NCBI RefSeq assembly: GCF_001457615.1
Contig: NZ_LN831024.1
Coordinates: 1,530,001 to 1,562,000 of the forward strand
Length of the DNA: 32,000 nt
From: Pseudomonas aeruginosa
GTDB taxonomy: Bacteria; Pseudomonadota; Gammaproteobacteria; Pseudomonadales; Pseudomonadaceae
Reading direction: 5' to 3'
Below, piece after piece: positions 29,869-32,000 of this stretch. The position numbers and the translations under genes were made by a program. The notes under the pieces were generated by a model. It was not told the DNA's origin. It searched no databases and saw only the letters and a program-made list of their open reading frames with translations. Each line of letters starts with the position of its first letter. The stretch's first letter is position 1.

Positions 29869-31302
29869 ATGCCAAGTCACATTACGGAATCCCGTATACA
29901 CGGGGGCGCCTACTCGTCCCCGGCATTCGCCGCGATCTTTTCCGATACCAACCAGGTGCGGAGGTGGCTGGATGTCGAGCGAGCCTTGGCGGCGACCCAG
30001 GCCGAGATGGGCATCATCCCCCACGAGGCGGCGCGGGAGATCGACCGCGCCGCCCAGGTGGAGCGCTTCGACCTCACCCAACTGGGCCGCGAAAGCCTGG
30101 AGACAGGGCACCTACTGGTGCCTACCATCCGCGCCCTGGCGAGGTCGTGCGAGGGTAGCTGGGGGGAGTACGTGCACTATGGCGTGACCACCCAGGACAT
30201 CCTCGACACCGGGCTGATGCTGCAGGTCAAGGAAGCCTGGGGCCATGCGCTCGGGCTCCTGCACTCGATCCGTGGCCATCTGCTGGCGCTTGCCCTGCGC
30301 CACCAGCACACGCCGATGGTTGCACGCACCCACGGGCAGCAGGCGCTGCCCACGACCTTCGGCTACAAGGTCGCCGTCTGGGTGGATGAAATCGACCGTC
30401 ACCTGGCGCGCTTCGACGAAGCGCGCGAACGCGTCCTGGTCGGCAACCTGACCGGTGCCGTGGGAACCCTGGCGTCGTTCGGCGCCCAGGGCTTCGAGCT
30501 ACAGCGGCGAACCCTGGCCAGGCTTGGCCTCGGCGCGCCGTCGACCAGTTGGCACAGCGCCCGGGACCGGGTGCTGGAGGTTGCCGGGTTGCTGGTCCAG
30601 GTGTCGGTGACGCTGGGCCGGGTGGCGAACGAGATCTACCACCTGCAGCGCAGCGAAATCGACGAGGTACGCGAGGGCAGCCGGCCGGGACAGGTGGGCA
30701 GCAGCACCATGCCGCACAAGCGGAACCCGTCGTCGGTCGACCTGGTCAGCGCGCTGTCGCGGCTGGTGCGGGCACAGATGGTGGCGCTCACCGATGCCGC
30801 GTTCCAGTTGCACGAGCGCGACGGCACCGCCTGGCGCATCGAGTGGGCGGCGTTGCCGGAGCTGTTCGTCTACGCCGGCGCCTTGCTGACCCGCATGGAG
30901 GCGGTGCTGGCCGAGGGGCTCGAGGTGCGCGAGGAACGCATGCGCGCCAACCTCGACCTGCTGGGTGGGCTGATCCTGTCGGAGCGGGTCATGCTCGCGC
31001 TGGCGGGGCAGTTCGGCAAGCAGACCGCCCACGAACTGCTCCATGAGATAACCCAGGCCTCCCAGCGGCAGGGCGTTCCGTTCCGCGAGGCGCTGCTCGG
31101 GCAGCCAAGGTTGCGCGGCTGTTTCAGCGCCGAGGCGCTCGAAGAACTGCTCGACCCCGTCGGCTACGTCGGCCTCGCCGCGGAGATGGTCGACCTGGTC
31201 GCCGGCAAACCACGAACCGGCGCGTCGGGCGACAGGCCCGAAGGCGCCGCCTCTTCCCAAGGAAATCCCGGTCAGTCCCAGTACGTGATGGAGGATAGGT
31301 GA
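29869..31302 (+). CDS. flcC: Fumarase/aspartase-superfamily lyase (adenylosuccinate-lyase/CMLE-like), fluopsin C biosynthesis (FlcC-like), 477 aa
   Basis: Signature GSSTMPHKRNP, YVHYGVTTQDILDTG, VARTHGQQALPTTFG; ATG at 29869. Confidence 0.9.
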   Translation: MPSHITESRIHGGAYSSPAFAAIFSDTNQVRRWLDVERALAATQAEMGIIPHEAAREIDRAAQVERFDLTQLGRESLETGHLLVPTIRALARSCEGSWGEYVHYGVTTQDILDTGLMLQVKEAWGHALGLLHSIRGHLLALALRHQHTPMVARTHGQQALPTTFGYKVAVWVDEIDRHLARFDEARERVLVGNLTGAVGTLASFGAQGFELQRRTLARLGLGAPSTSWHSARDRVLEVAGLLVQVSVTLGRVANEIYHLQRSEIDEVREGSRPGQVGSSTMPHKRNPSSVDLVSALSRLVRAQMVALTDAAFQLHERDGTAWRIEWAALPELFVYAGALLTRMEAVLAEGLEVREERMRANLDLLGGLILSERVMLALAGQFGKQTAHELLHEITQASQRQGVPFREALLGQPRLRGCFSAEALEELLDPVGYVGLAAEMVDLVAGKPRTGASGDRPEGAASSQGNPGQSQYVMEDR

Positions 31303-32000
31303 TGGATGCTGAATCGCTGGAAATGCTTGCCCGTTCCTCGTGCACCGCGCATCCGCAGAGCTTCGGCGGCGCACCGGCCGAGTCGTCCTGCAAGCACGAA
31401 CACAGTCACATCGTTGACTCTAAAACCCATGGCGGCGGCTACGCCGGTCCGGTGAGCCGCCGGATCTTCTGTAGCCACTGCCGCCTGCAACGCTGGCTCG
31501 ACGTGGAGGCGGCGCTGGCGCTGGCGCAGGCCGATGTCGGCGTCATTCCGCCCGAGGCGGCGCTGGAGATCGCGAAGGCCGCCAGGCTTTCGGCCGTCGA
31601 CCTGCAGCAGATCGCCGACGGCGTGGCCAGCACCGGGCACTCGCTGATGCCCCTGCTGGGCGCGCTGCAAAGGAACTGCAGCCCCAGCGCGCGCGAGTAC
31701 GTGCATTTCGGCGCGACCACGCAGGATATCCAGGACACCGCGCAGTCCCTGGAAATGCGCGATGTGCTGGATGAAACGGAGCGGGCGCTGGACATCCTCC
31801 TGGACCGGCTCTCGGTGCTGGCGAGCGGGACCCGCAATGCGCTGATGGTCGCCAGGACCCACTCGATCCCGGCGTTGCCAACCACCTTCGGGCTGAAGGT
31901 GGCCGGCTGGATCGACGAGTTGCTGCGTCACCGCGAACGCCTGGGCGAGGCGCGCAAGCGGATCCTGGTGGTGCAACTGTTCGGCGGCGTGGGCACGATG
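31302..32000 (+). CDS. flcB: Second fumarase/aspartase-superfamily lyase (FlcB-like), N-terminal 233 codons (runs off the right edge)
   Basis: Open frame to window end: MDAESLEMLARSSCTAHPQSFGGAPAESSCKHEHSHIVDSKTHGGGYAGPVSRRIFCSHCRLQRWLDVEAALALAQADVGVIPPEAA...YVHFGATTQDIQDTAQ...VARTHSIPALPTTFGLKVAGW. TGATG overlap with the flcC stop; not in the supplied ORF track because it is open-ended. Confidence 0.88.
   Translation, partial: MDAESLEMLARSSCTAHPQSFGGAPAESSCKHEHSHIVDSKTHGGGYAGPVSRRIFCSHCRLQRWLDVEAALALAQADVGVIPPEAALEIAKAARLSAVDLQQIADGVASTGHSLMPLLGALQRNCSPSAREYVHFGATTQDIQDTAQSLEMRDVLDETERALDILLDRLSVLASGTRNALMVARTHSIPALPTTFGLKVAGWIDELLRHRERLGEARKRILVVQLFGGVGTM

Overview
The window is ordinary-looking Pseudomonas aeruginosa core chromosome; gene content and order match the PAO1 PA3541-PA3516 interval. 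On the left are the 5' end of alg8, algD with its long AlgU/AlgR-controlled upstream region, yaaA, an orphan ABC-transporter ATPase, argF, a small membrane protein, the autotransporter protease eprS, a lone molybdopterin oxidoreductase, grxD, an MFS transporter, bfrB/bfd, a peroxiredoxin, rnt, pyrC, motY, argG and gloA1. The right ~11 kb is a copper-responsive island: the mexPQ-opmE efflux genes, a CopZ-like HMA chaperone and the start of a five-gene operon. The first two genes of that operon encode heme-oxygenase-like diiron oxidase (HDO) proteins and the next two encode fumarase/aspartase-superfamily lyases; the window ends inside the second lyase gene. This architecture matches the fluopsin C (copper thiohydroxamate antibiotic) pathway, flcEDCB(A). 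It is the most exciting system here, but it is not undescribed as far as I know. Less-described details inside it are a Cys/His-rich N-terminus on the FlcB-like lyase, non-canonical metal-ligand positions in the two HDO proteins, three MerR-family/CueR-type promoters with 19-bp spacers, and a Fur-box-like palindrome ahead of the operon. mexQ carries three apparent 1-nt deletions within ~300 bp, so it is either a pseudogene or, perhaps more likely, has sequencing errors. Gene names and locus tags come from recognition of the translated sequences, not from a database search.
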